Assembly: GCA_040386535.1 (NCBI GenBank)
Contig: JAZKFH010000008.1
Location: forward strand, 1 to 43,545
Source: Myxococcota bacterium
GTDB taxonomy: Bacteria > Myxococcota_A > UBA796 > SXON01
Direction of reading: 5' to 3'
DNA: 43,545 bases
Position numbers and translations under genes: made by a program. Numbering within the stretch: the stretch's first letter is position 1; every line of letters begins with the position of its first letter. The notes beneath the pieces are model-generated. The model saw only the letters and a list, made by a program, of their open reading frames with translations. It was not told the origin of the DNA and did not search any database. This document shows positions 9,035-18,009 of the stretch, in pieces.

Positions 9035-9823
9035 GTGGAATGGTTCCGTGTTCACTCCTTGAAGGCCGGTAGTGTCGACGTCGAGGCCGAAAACTGGCTC
9101 ACCGCCCTCGGGCTCGGGCTCGGCAAGCTCGGCCTCGTGCAGGATCTCTCCAGCATCGCCTGCGAGACGCTGCCGAATGGCCACATCCTCGTGCGCGACG
9201 CGAAGAGTGGCGCCGGGTACTCGGTGGTCTCCATCGGCGCCGAGCTCGGCGAGCAGGACGAGCCCACGGGCGAAGCCGAGCTGGCCATCATCCCCGATGA
9301 CGCGGTGTACGGCTCCGTGGGGCTCGAAGACTACGTGGAGGACATCGAGGCCGCCCCCGATGGGGCCGAGGCCGTGCGCCGCGCGCTCGGGGCCCTGCGC
9401 GAGCTCGCGCCCTCCGAGGCGGGCGCGGTGCTCCGCCGCCACACCGACGGGTGGCTCGGCTTCGAGGGCGCGTACGGCCCCGGCGCCGACCGTCTCCCCG
9501 GCATCGTCATCCCTCCGACCGTGGGCGTGGCGGGCTTCTCCGTGCAGCGCCACATCGCCGTGAGCCTGCGGGACGCCTCCGCCGATCCCCGCTTCTTCAA
9601 GCAGATCGACGCGTTCACCGGCTACCGGACGCGCTCGTTGTTGTGCCTGCCGATCGTGATCGAGGGCGTGGCGTACGGCTGCATCCAGCTCTTGAACTCG
9701 CCGAACGCTGGCGGGTTCACGCGGGACGCGATCTCGGACGCCGACCTCATCGCCGGCGCCCTGGCGAAGCGGCTCTCGCAGGATCCCATCCCGACGCCGC
9801 CGAACACGCAGAAGCTCCCGTAG
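9035..9823 (+). CDS. GAF domain protein
   Basis: C-terminal GVAGF...DPRFFKQIDAFTGYRTRSLLCLPI...GCIQLLN is a typical GAF. Start is GTG 9035 or TTG 9014. Confidence 0.8.
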   Translation: MEWFRVHSLKAGSVDVEAENWLTALGLGLGKLGLVQDLSSIACETLPNGHILVRDAKSGAGYSVVSIGAELGEQDEPTGEAELAIIPDDAVYGSVGLEDYVEDIEAAPDGAEAVRRALGALRELAPSEAGAVLRRHTDGWLGFEGAYGPGADRLPGIVIPPTVGVAGFSVQRHIAVSLRDASADPRFFKQIDAFTGYRTRSLLCLPIVIEGVAYGCIQLLNSPNAGGFTRDAISDADLIAGALAKRLSQDPIPTPPNTQKLP

Positions 9824-9841
9824 CTCCGGGTCGCGGGTCAT

Positions 9842-9865
9842 GCCCCCCTCCGAGCGGAGGGGGGC
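9842..9865. terminator. Hairpin between convergent genes
   Basis: GCCCCCCTCCG-AG-CGGAGGGGGGC perfect inverted repeat. No U-tract. Confidence 0.55.
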
Positions 9866-9871
9866 GGACGC

Positions 9872-10573
9872 CTACTGGACGGCGATCGTCTTGACGAGCA
9901 CGGTCTTGGCGTCCGAGCGCAGCTTGTCCTGCAGCTTGGTGTAGAGGGCGAAGTTCTCCGTCGCCTCGTCACCGAACTCGATGTTGCGGTCGTCCTGCTC
10001 GCGCACGGTGTACTTGTAGACCGAGAGCTCGACCTGCGAGCCGTCGTCATACGAGAAGCGCCAGCGGTGGCGGTTGCTGACGGTGCCCTTCGATCCGTCC
10101 TTCATCGTGGCGGTGACGCTCGTGCGCAGCGTGCACTCGTACATCCACGGCGAGAAGTCCGAGCTGTAGGTGCAGTCGACCTCGTCGGGGATCTTGCCCG
10201 CCGCGACGGCGACACTCTTCACGTCCTTCCAGGCCACCTGCTTCTCGGTGCCGGCGGCCTCGACCGTGAGCGTGAGCTTGCGGTCCTCGGAGGTCCAGCC
10301 CTCGTCGCCCAGAAAATCGACCGTGCGCTCGATGCCGGTCACCTTGCCCGCCTTGGACGTGCCGTCGGCGTAGGTGATGGTGATGCCGACGTCGGCGTTC
10401 TTCACCACCGGGGGCGGCGCGGGCGCGGCCTCCTCGACCGGGGGGGCGACCTCGGCGGGCGCGGCGGCGACGGGCTCCGACACGGGGGCGGCGGGCGGCA
10501 CCGCCGTCGTCTTGCCGCAAGCAGCGACCAGGAGCGGGAGGGCAAAGAGGGGGGCAAGCAGCCGGATATGCAT
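9872..10573 (-). CDS. Hypothetical lipoprotein
   Basis: Lipobox LVAAC, Pro/Ala/Glu linker and host-like codon usage. Confidence 0.75.
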   Translation of the reverse strand: MHIRLLAPLFALPLLVAACGKTTAVPPAAPVSEPVAAAPAEVAPPVEEAAPAPPPVVKNADVGITITYADGTSKAGKVTGIERTVDFLGDEGWTSEDRKLTLTVEAAGTEKQVAWKDVKSVAVAAGKIPDEVDCTYSSDFSPWMYECTLRTSVTATMKDGSKGTVSNRHRWRFSYDDGSQVELSVYKYTVREQDDRNIEFGDEATENFALYTKLQDKLRSDAKTVLVKTIAVQ

Positions 10574-10594
10574 CGTGTCTCCAGGGTCGACGGT

Positions 10595-11575
10595 CTAACC
10601 GATGAGCGGGCCGGTATCATCCGTGCGCCCCGACGCCACCCGCAGGAGCACCACCCCCCCGAGCAGGACGGTGAACAGCTGTTGCACGCGTACCAGGAGG
10701 GTAATCGCGAGCGCGTCCGGCAGCGACAGGCCCGCGGTCGCCACCAGGAGGGAGGCGAACATCGCGTCCCAGCCGAGCTGCGAGCCGGGGAAGGCGAACA
10801 GGACCACCGCGCCGGCGGTGGACACCGTGTAGGTGAACGCGAGGCCGGCGGGGTCGGGGTGCGCGCCGAGCCCGAGGGCCGCGAGCGCGATGCCGCCGAT
10901 CACGCACGCGTGCCCGCAGAGGGCCCACAGCGCGCCCCAGGCATACCGACGGGGCCCGAGGCGGCCCACGGCCTGGAGCGAGGTCGCGAGCCGCTCTACG
11001 GAGGCGTGGAGGCCGCGCAGCGCCGGAATCCGCCCGATGGTGCGCGCCGAACCCTCCCGGAGCAGCGCCGGGTAGGCGGAGAGCACCCCGAGGGCGATGG
11101 CGCCCCCGGCGATACACGCCGTGGCGAGGCCGATCCATCGGTTCATCCCGTCCGGCACGGGCATGTCGGTGGTCACGAACAACACGGCGGAGCAGACGCC
11201 CGCCATGGCGAGGCCGATGAAGCGAGCGTGCACCCCGGCGGCAAAAGCCATCTCGGGGCGGATGCGGAACCGGCGGCCCGCGAGCGCCGCGGCGGCGAAC
11301 TCACCCACCGGCCCCGGGAGCGCGTAGTTGAGCAGGGTGCCGACCATGAACAGGCCGGTGAGCGGGAGCACGGTGACGCCCTCCCGCTCCGTCATCATCG
11401 CGCGCCAGCGCATCGCCAGGAAGCAGATCCCGGTGGTCATCGACACGACGGCGAGCACGAGCGCGCGCGGATCGGCGCGGCGCCAGATCTCCAGCACCGC
11501 CTCCTTCGTCAGATCGCTCGACGCGGCGGCGAACACGACGAGCCCCAACAGGAGGAGCACGCTGCCGACGGTCAC
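10595..11575 (-). CDS. Second lysylphosphatidylglycerol synthase TM / flippase-like protein
   Basis: MRWRAMM, LNYALPGPVGE, PGSQLGWD and VR motifs, multi-TM. The frame stays open upstream, so the N-terminus may be longer. Confidence 0.72.
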   Translation of the reverse strand: MTVGSVLLLLGLVVFAAASSDLTKEAVLEIWRRADPRALVLAVVSMTTGICFLAMRWRAMMTEREGVTVLPLTGLFMVGTLLNYALPGPVGEFAAAALAGRRFRIRPEMAFAAGVHARFIGLAMAGVCSAVLFVTTDMPVPDGMNRWIGLATACIAGGAIALGVLSAYPALLREGSARTIGRIPALRGLHASVERLATSLQAVGRLGPRRYAWGALWALCGHACVIGGIALAALGLGAHPDPAGLAFTYTVSTAGAVVLFAFPGSQLGWDAMFASLLVATAGLSLPDALAITLLVRVQQLFTVLLGGVVLLRVASGRTDDTGPLIG

Positions 11576-11648
11576 GAGACCGCGGACGGCGACCTTCTGG
11601 AGGGGCGGCGGAGGAGCGGGCGAGGCGGCGTGCTCGGTCGGGGACAGG

Positions 11649-12620
11649 TCAGTACGGCGCAGGGAAGGGCCAGGAGAGGGTGCGCGTCAGCTCGACGCAC
11701 GCCTCCAGGGCCACGCCGTCGATGGTAGCGTCGCGACAGGTACCGCACACGCCATCCGGCTCGTCGTCCTCGTCGATCACGGGCGGATCGGTGTCCTCCG
11801 CGGTGTCGCCGGTCTCGCCGGTGCCGGTCTCGCCGGTCCCGGTCTCGCCGGTGCCGGTGTCCGCCGTGCCGGTGTCTGCAGTATCGCCGGCGGGAGGGCC
11901 GGCGGGCGCCTCGACGCCGTCTACGGTGAACGACACCGAGGCGTCGTTCGTGCCGGCGAACCCGATGGTCCCCGCGGACGAGGCAGCCCAGCCGCAGTCG
12001 ATGAGCAACGAGACGGGCACGAGCCGGGCGGTGACCTCGGCGGTTCCCCAGCCCTCGACGCCCACCTGGCCGTCGGAACGGTCGGCGTAGATCACGTCCT
12101 CGTACGTGGCGTAGGCCGAGCTCGTGTCGGCCCAGAGCACCACCGACGGATCGGTCGCCAAGCTCGTGACGGCCACCTTGGTGTCCATCAGGTAGCCGTT
12201 GCCCGAGTCCGTGACGGCCAGCTGGCCCTTCGCGGTCCACCCGCCCACGTTGTCGTTGGCGCCGAAGTCCTGGAGCGTGATCACCTGCCGGCCGCTGGTC
12301 GGATCCACCGACACGGACGCGGACCCGAACCACTGGACGCCGGTGGAGTCCACGCAGTCGTTTCCGGTGAGGGTGAGCCCGCCGTCGTCCCGCTCGTAGA
12401 TCTCGGGGCAGTCCCGCCAGTCGTCCTCGCCCAGCTGGACCGTCGTGAGCCAGAGGAGCCACGGGAGGTCGACCGAGCCGATGGTCAGCAGGTCGGGGAG
12501 CACCTCCGCCGTGATCGTGCCCGGCTTGTCGGGCACCTCGTCGGGCAGGCCCCCGCAAGCCGCCAGGAGGAGCAGCGTGAAACCCAGCGCCCTGGGTGCG
12601 GAAGCGCGGGTGGTGCTCAC
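11649..12620 (-). CDS. Hypothetical lipoprotein with DTG/ETG low-complexity linker
   Basis: Lipobox LLAAC. GTGA overlap with the upstream gene. GDTADTGTADTGTGETGTGETGTGETG segment. Confidence 0.72.
   Translation of the reverse strand: MSTTRASAPRALGFTLLLLAACGGLPDEVPDKPGTITAEVLPDLLTIGSVDLPWLLWLTTVQLGEDDWRDCPEIYERDDGGLTLTGNDCVDSTGVQWFGSASVSVDPTSGRQVITLQDFGANDNVGGWTAKGQLAVTDSGNGYLMDTKVAVTSLATDPSVVLWADTSSAYATYEDVIYADRSDGQVGVEGWGTAEVTARLVPVSLLIDCGWAASSAGTIGFAGTNDASVSFTVDGVEAPAGPPAGDTADTGTADTGTGETGTGETGTGETGDTAEDTDPPVIDEDDEPDGVCGTCRDATIDGVALEACVELTRTLSWPFPAPY
11808..11888. repeat. Coding 15-bp tandem repeat (GTGET/GTADT)
   Basis: About 5 CCGGTCTCGCCGGTG-like units. Confidence 0.7.
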
Positions 12621-12841
12621 TGGGTGCTCTCGACCTCGCCCGACTCCTCGTCGGTCGAGCTCTTCTCGACGTTCTGCCGGAGCAGCGTCGCTTCGGTTCC
12701 GGACAGCGGGTACACGCTCTCGGCGACGGACGCGCGCGAGAGATCGGCCTGCAGCTGGGACGCCTCCCGCGAGGCGCGAGCGAAGTCGTACTGCATGTGC
12801 AGGGGCTGGGAGCAGGCGAGGGCCAAGAGAAGGGTCATCAT
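12617..12841 (-). CDS. Small lipoprotein in the tad operon
   Basis: MMTLLLALAC lipobox. Start and stop overlap both neighbours. AGGAG upstream. Confidence 0.75.
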   Translation of the reverse strand: MMTLLLALACSQPLHMQYDFARASREASQLQADLSRASVAESVYPLSGTEATLLRQNVEKSSTDEESGEVESTQ

Positions 12842-13602
12842 GGGGACTCCTCCGAGAGCAGCTTGTCGAGGGCTGCGGCAGCCGCGGGGTGCCCGGGGGC
12901 GGCCTCCAACGCGGCGTTGAATTGAGCGAGTGCGGTGCCGCGATCCCCGCGGTTCACGCAGGCGACGCCGAGGTTGTAGCGCGCGTCCGCCTCGGAGTTC
13001 GCGGCGCGGAAGGCCTGGAGGGCCTCCATGTCACGTTCCAGGCGGGCCAGGGCGAAGCCGAGGTTGTTGCGCGTGCGCGGCTGCGAGGGGTCCTTGGTGA
13101 GCGAGGCCCGGAACAGCCGGATGGCCTCCTCGGTGTCGTTCGCGGAGAGCCGCGCGTAGCCGAGGTTGTTGAGCACCACGGGGTCGTCGGGGGAGAGGCG
13201 CCGGGCGCGCTCGAGCGCCGCGAGGCTGCCGGGCAGATCGCCGGTGTCGGCCAGGACGACGCCGAGGGCGGCCCACCCCGAGGGGTCGCGGGGCGCCTTC
13301 TTCACGTGGACCTCGAGCAGCGCACGGGCCTCCTCCGACATGCCGGTGGCGTGCAACGCGCGGGCCTGGAGCACGTCGAGCCGCTTGTCGGTCGCACCCT
13401 GCGACCGCACCTCGGCGAGCACCTGCAGCGCCTGGGCGTGCAGCCCCGACTCCAGGAGCGACGTGAGGACACCGACCTGCGCGTCGATGCGCGAGGAGGA
13501 CTCGACGGTCTCCTGCTTGGAGGCCGCCTCGGCGCGCGGGGCCGTGAGCAGCAGGGCCAGCGCGAGGGCGCCGATCCCGTAGCGGGCACAGATGCGTCCC
13601 AT
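12838..13602 (-). CDS. tadD: TPR protein, TadD/CpaO-like
   Basis: TPR motifs WAALGVVL, LNNLGY, RNNLGFAL and ARYNLGV. Directly follows tadC with a TGATG overlap. Confidence 0.72.
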   Translation of the reverse strand: MGRICARYGIGALALALLLTAPRAEAASKQETVESSSRIDAQVGVLTSLLESGLHAQALQVLAEVRSQGATDKRLDVLQARALHATGMSEEARALLEVHVKKAPRDPSGWAALGVVLADTGDLPGSLAALERARRLSPDDPVVLNNLGYARLSANDTEEAIRLFRASLTKDPSQPRTRNNLGFALARLERDMEALQAFRAANSEADARYNLGVACVNRGDRGTALAQFNAALEAAPGHPAAAAALDKLLSEESP

Positions 13603-14525
13603 CAGCCCGCCATCGCGGGGAGGAGGATGTTCTTCACGTTGATGAGCGCGGGGCCGATGAGGATCATGATGAGACACGGGAGGATGAAGAGGATCATCGC
13701 GACGGTGAGCTTGGGCGACACCTGCGCCGCCTTCTCCTCGGCGCGCTGCATGCGGCGCACGCGCACGTGCTCGCTGTGCAGGCGCAGGGCGCGTGCGACG
13801 CTGGTGCCGAAGCGCTCGGCCTGGACGAGCACGTTGACCAGCGCGTTGATGTCGTCGATTCCGGTGCGGTCGGACAGGTGGCGGAGCGCCTCGGTGCGGG
13901 GCACGCCGGCGTTGACCTCGGCGGTGACCAGCTGGAGCTCGCGGGACAGGTCGGGCGCGGCGGCCTCCATCTCGTCCGCGACGCGACGGAAGGCGGCGTC
14001 GAGCCCCAGGCCCGCCTCGACGCAGCTCACGAGCAGGTCGAGCGCGTCGGGGAAGGCCTTGAGCAGGTCGGTCTTGCGACGATCGAGGAGGTTCTGCACC
14101 CAGACGAGGGGCAGGTAGTAGCCGGCGGCCGCGCCGATGAGCGAGCTGCCGACGATGTAGATCGGCTTGTCCTTCGGCAGGATGGCGAACGCGATGACCG
14201 CGAAGATCAGGGCGCCGACGGTGCGGCACGCACTGTAGATCTCGACGGCGTTGCGGTCGCGGAAGCCGGCCTGGAGCATCCGCTTGCGGAGCGCCGCGAC
14301 CTGCTCGTCGTCCGAGACCGCGAGGCGGGCGGCGGTCGACGTGAGGGCGTGCAGCCGCGCGGAGCGGATGGCGGTGGGGCCGGCCTCGGGCTGGCTGTTG
14401 CCGATCTCGGCGAGGCGATCGGAGGCCGTGCGCTGCGGGTTCAGCACGGTGTAGAGCGCGAACCCGACCCCGGTGATCGCCACCACGGTCGCCCCGACGG
14501 CCAGGTAGAGCAGGGAGGGGTCCAT
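13602..14525 (-). CDS. tadC: Tad inner-membrane platform protein TadC
   Basis: FPDALDLLVSCVEAGLGLD, QAERFGTSV and RMQRAEEKA..PKL. Confidence 0.92.
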   Translation of the reverse strand: MDPSLLYLAVGATVVAITGVGFALYTVLNPQRTASDRLAEIGNSQPEAGPTAIRSARLHALTSTAARLAVSDDEQVAALRKRMLQAGFRDRNAVEIYSACRTVGALIFAVIAFAILPKDKPIYIVGSSLIGAAAGYYLPLVWVQNLLDRRKTDLLKAFPDALDLLVSCVEAGLGLDAAFRRVADEMEAAAPDLSRELQLVTAEVNAGVPRTEALRHLSDRTGIDDINALVNVLVQAERFGTSVARALRLHSEHVRVRRMQRAEEKAAQVSPKLTVAMILFILPCLIMILIGPALINVKNILLPAMAG

Positions 14526-15466
14526 CAGAGGTCCACCTTCGAGATTTCGCGCATGACGAAGACCCCGAACGAGAAGGAGAGGAAACAACCGAGGAGCATC
14601 AGGTTGCCGAGCGGGTCGTTCACCAGGGGCGTGAGGTACTGCGGCGACACGAACAACAGCACGCCGACGACGAAGAACGGGAGCCCGCCCAGGATGTAGG
14701 CGGTGAAGCGCGCCTCGGAGGTGAGCGCCGCGACCTTGCCGTGGAACATGAACCGGCCGCGGATGGTGCCTGAGATGCTGTTGAGGATCTCGACCAGATT
14801 GCCGCCGGTGTCCCGCTGGAGGAGCACCGAGCCCACGAAAATCTGGAGGTCGAAGCTACCGGGATTGCGGCGGGTGAGGTTCTGGAGGCACTCCCGCAGG
14901 TCACGCCCGAGGTTGTGCTCCTCGTAGATGCGGCCGAACTCCTGGGCGAGCGGCATCGGCATCTCCTCGGCGACGCTGCGGAGCGCCTCGGAGAGCCCGT
15001 GCCCCGCCTGGAGCGAGCGCGCGAGCAGGTCGAGCCCGTCGGGGAGCTGCTCGGTCAAGCGCTGCGACCGGTTCGTGGCGGTGCGCGAGAGGAGCATCAC
15101 CGGGATGTAGAAGGCGGCGAGCCCCACGAGGCCGATCGCGCTCTTGAACGCGACGAGCAGCACCAGCATCCCGATGACCGCCGCGGCCGCCATGCGCGTG
15201 TAGAGCGTGGAGAGGGTGTACGGGCTCCCGGCCTGCCGGATCATGTCCTCGAGCTGGCCGCTGAACCCCTTGCTGCCGGGGCCCGACGCGCGGAGGAGCG
15301 CGGGGCCCGCGTTCTTCTCCACCAACGTGCCGAGCCGGCGCGACAGCTCGCGCTGCTGCTGCTCGTTCCGGCTCTGCAGAGTCCAGTAGGCGAACTGCGC
15401 GAAAAGGAGGAGCGCCGCCACCGCCATCGCGACGCCGAGGACCAGGATGAGGTTCTCCGCGGTCAT
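14525..15466 (-). CDS. tadB: Tad inner-membrane platform protein TadB
   Basis: QLPDGLDLLARSLQAGH, QRDTGGNLVEIL and ALTSEAR. Confidence 0.92.
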   Translation of the reverse strand: MTAENLILVLGVAMAVAALLLFAQFAYWTLQSRNEQQQRELSRRLGTLVEKNAGPALLRASGPGSKGFSGQLEDMIRQAGSPYTLSTLYTRMAAAAVIGMLVLLVAFKSAIGLVGLAAFYIPVMLLSRTATNRSQRLTEQLPDGLDLLARSLQAGHGLSEALRSVAEEMPMPLAQEFGRIYEEHNLGRDLRECLQNLTRRNPGSFDLQIFVGSVLLQRDTGGNLVEILNSISGTIRGRFMFHGKVAALTSEARFTAYILGGLPFFVVGVLLFVSPQYLTPLVNDPLGNLMLLGCFLSFSFGVFVMREISKVDL

Positions 15467-16809
15467 CAGACGTCCTGCTCGAAGCGGAAGAGCTCGGCGG
15501 GCAGCTCGACACCGTGGCGCTGGAGGCGGCTCGCGAACTTCGGACGCGTGCCGGTGGCGCGGAAGGTGCCGCGGACGCGCCCGTCGTCATCCACCGTGCG
15601 TTGCTCGAAGGTGAAGATGTCCTGCGTGGTGACGATCGGGCCTTCCATGCCGACCACCTCGGTCACCGCCATGAGGCGACGCGAGCCGTCGGGGAGGCGA
15701 TCGAGCTGGATGATCACGTCGATCGCGCGGGCGATCATCTCGCGGATGTTGCGGTCCGAGAGGTTGGGGACGGCCATGCCGACCATGGTCTCGAAGCGCG
15801 CGATCGCGTCCCGCGTGGTGTTCGCGTGCACGGTGGCGAGCGAACCGTCGTGACCGGTGTTCATCGCCTGGAGCATGTCGATGGCCTCGCCACCGCGGAT
15901 CTCACCGAGGATGATGCGGTCGGGACGCATGCGGAGGCAGTTCTTGACGAGCTCGCGTTGCGTGACCTCGCCGCGGCCTTCCACGTTGGGCGGCCGGGTC
16001 TCCAGCCGCACGATGTGGTTCTGCTGGAGCTGGAGCTCGGCGCTGTCCTCGATGGTGACGATGCGCTCGCCATCGGGGATGAAGCTGGACAACACGTTGA
16101 GCATCGTCGTCTTGCCGGAGCCCGTGCCGCCGGAGATGATGATGTTCAGCTTCGCCTTCACGCAGCCGCGGAGCACGTCCATCACGGGGCGCGGACACGC
16201 GCCGAACGCGACGAGATCGTCGGGCGTGATCGCGCGGGTGCCGAAGCGACGGATCGAGACCATCGGTCCGTCGAGCGCGAGCGGCGGGATGATGGCGTTG
16301 AAGCGGCTCCCGTCGGCGAGGCGGGCGTCGACCATGGGGCTGGTCTCATCCACACGACGGCCCACGGCGCTGACGATGCGCTCGATGACCTGCATCAGGT
16401 GCCGGTTGTCGTTGAAGCGCACGTCGATGCGCTGGAGCAGGCCCTTCTTCTCGATCCAGACCTTGTCGAAGCCGTTGATGAGGATGTCGGAGATGTCCGG
16501 ATCCTTCAGCAGCGGCTCGAGCGGGCCGAGGCCGAGGATGTCGTCGAGGATCTCGTCGACCAGGCGATCGCGCTCGATCCGGTTCAGCGGCAGCTGACGC
16601 TGTTCGACCTCGGCCGTGAGCGTTTCCCGCAGGCGGGCGGCAAGCTCGGCCCGGGGGGTGGCGCCGACCCGGTCGAAGTCGATCATCTCGAGGAGCTCGC
16701 CGTGGAGCGTCTTCTTGATGCGTTCGTACTCCGCGGAGTCCGCGCTCGGGGTGCCCGTCTTGTAGCGCTGTTGGGCGCCGCGGACTCGGTCGATCAGTCG
16801 CGAAGACAC
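15466..16809 (-). CDS. cpaF: Tad pilus assembly ATPase CpaF/TadA
   Basis: GLGPLEPLL, PMVDARL, Walker A GGTGSGKTT, LRMRPDRIILGE and MNTGHDGS. Confidence 0.96.
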   Translation of the reverse strand: MSSRLIDRVRGAQQRYKTGTPSADSAEYERIKKTLHGELLEMIDFDRVGATPRAELAARLRETLTAEVEQRQLPLNRIERDRLVDEILDDILGLGPLEPLLKDPDISDILINGFDKVWIEKKGLLQRIDVRFNDNRHLMQVIERIVSAVGRRVDETSPMVDARLADGSRFNAIIPPLALDGPMVSIRRFGTRAITPDDLVAFGACPRPVMDVLRGCVKAKLNIIISGGTGSGKTTMLNVLSSFIPDGERIVTIEDSAELQLQQNHIVRLETRPPNVEGRGEVTQRELVKNCLRMRPDRIILGEIRGGEAIDMLQAMNTGHDGSLATVHANTTRDAIARFETMVGMAVPNLSDRNIREMIARAIDVIIQLDRLPDGSRRLMAVTEVVGMEGPIVTTQDIFTFEQRTVDDDGRVRGTFRATGTRPKFASRLQRHGVELPAELFRFEQDV

Positions 16810-16812
16810 GGG

Positions 16813-18000
16813 CTACCCTCCTGAGAAGCGGGAAAACCACCCCATCGGCCCACCGGCGGGCTTCTCGACGGCCACCTCGCCGTCCGTCACCAGACCGACG
16901 AGCGCCTCGATGTCGCGCGCGGCGGGGCACCGCTTGTCGACATCCCTCAGCAGCTTTCCTTCGTTCACGGCCCGCGCCGCGGCCTTGTCGAACGCCACGG
17001 TGGCGTCGACCTTGCGCAGGATGTTCTGCTCGACGTCCGCGAGGGCGAACGGCGCATCCCGCTTGTCCCACCTGTTGATCACCACGTGGACGCGCGACTT
17101 CTCGATCCCGAGCCGCTCGATGAGCTGCAGGCGCCGCCAGGTGTTCTTGATGCCGGGCACGTCCGGCGTGGCGATGAGGAGGATGCGGTCCGCCACGGTG
17201 GCGGCGGTGAGCGTGGCCTCGTCCAGGCGGCTCCCGCAATCGACCAGGCAGTACTGGTAGCTGCGCGCGACGGTGGTGAGGATGCGCATGACGGCATCCC
17301 CCTTCACTTCTTCGCGCTGCTCGAGATCCGTGGGCTGGGCCACGGCGTGCACCTTGCTCGGATGGACGACCACGTGCCCGGCGAGCATGCGCTCGTCGAT
17401 CTTGTGGAGGTTCCGCAAGAGATCGGTGATGGTGACCTGGGGTTGGATGTCGAGGAACGCCGCCACGTCGCCCATGGAGAAGTCGAGATCGACCACGCAC
17501 ACGCGGTGCACCGGCGAGAGCTCGGCGGCGAGGTTGACGGAGAGGAACGTGGTCCCGGCGCCGCCCTTGCTGCCCCAGACCGCGATGACCTCGCCGTGGT
17601 CCTCGTCCCCACCTTCCTGGTAGATCGCCTCGTGCACCGCCTGGCGAAGCAGCTCGGCGTCGTCCGGGAGCACGACGAACTCGCGGTACCCCGCGCGCAT
17701 GGCCGCGCGGATGTGATCCGGGTTGGCGTGCGACGCGAGCGCCACCAGCTGACAGCGCCCGTTCTCGGCGACGATCTGCGGCGCGAGCCGGATGGCCTCC
17801 TCGAAGTCCTGGTCGAATCCTGCGATCACCACGTCCGGGCGGAGCTTGCGGATGACCGCCAACGCCTCGTCGTACTTGGTCGCCTGGGCGGGCAGGGCCG
17901 CCTCGGCACCGAGCGTCTCGCGGATCTGGCCCATCGCGCGAGGATCGACACCGATCACCACGACCGACGCGACGTTGCTCGTACTTCCCGCCTGCCTCAT
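16813..18000 (-). CDS. cpaE: CpaE/TadZ: receiver-like domain plus MinD/ParA-type ATPase
   Basis: AMRAGYREF receiver-like segment, deviant Walker A KGGAGTT, VVDLD, and position in the operon. Confidence 0.88.
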   Translation of the reverse strand: MRQAGSTSNVASVVVIGVDPRAMGQIRETLGAEAALPAQATKYDEALAVIRKLRPDVVIAGFDQDFEEAIRLAPQIVAENGRCQLVALASHANPDHIRAAMRAGYREFVVLPDDAELLRQAVHEAIYQEGGDEDHGEVIAVWGSKGGAGTTFLSVNLAAELSPVHRVCVVDLDFSMGDVAAFLDIQPQVTITDLLRNLHKIDERMLAGHVVVHPSKVHAVAQPTDLEQREEVKGDAVMRILTTVARSYQYCLVDCGSRLDEATLTAATVADRILLIATPDVPGIKNTWRRLQLIERLGIEKSRVHVVINRWDKRDAPFALADVEQNILRKVDATVAFDKAAARAVNEGKLLRDVDKRCPAARDIEALVGLVTDGEVAVEKPAGGPMGWFSRFSGG

Positions 18001-18009
18001 TGTCCGCCT

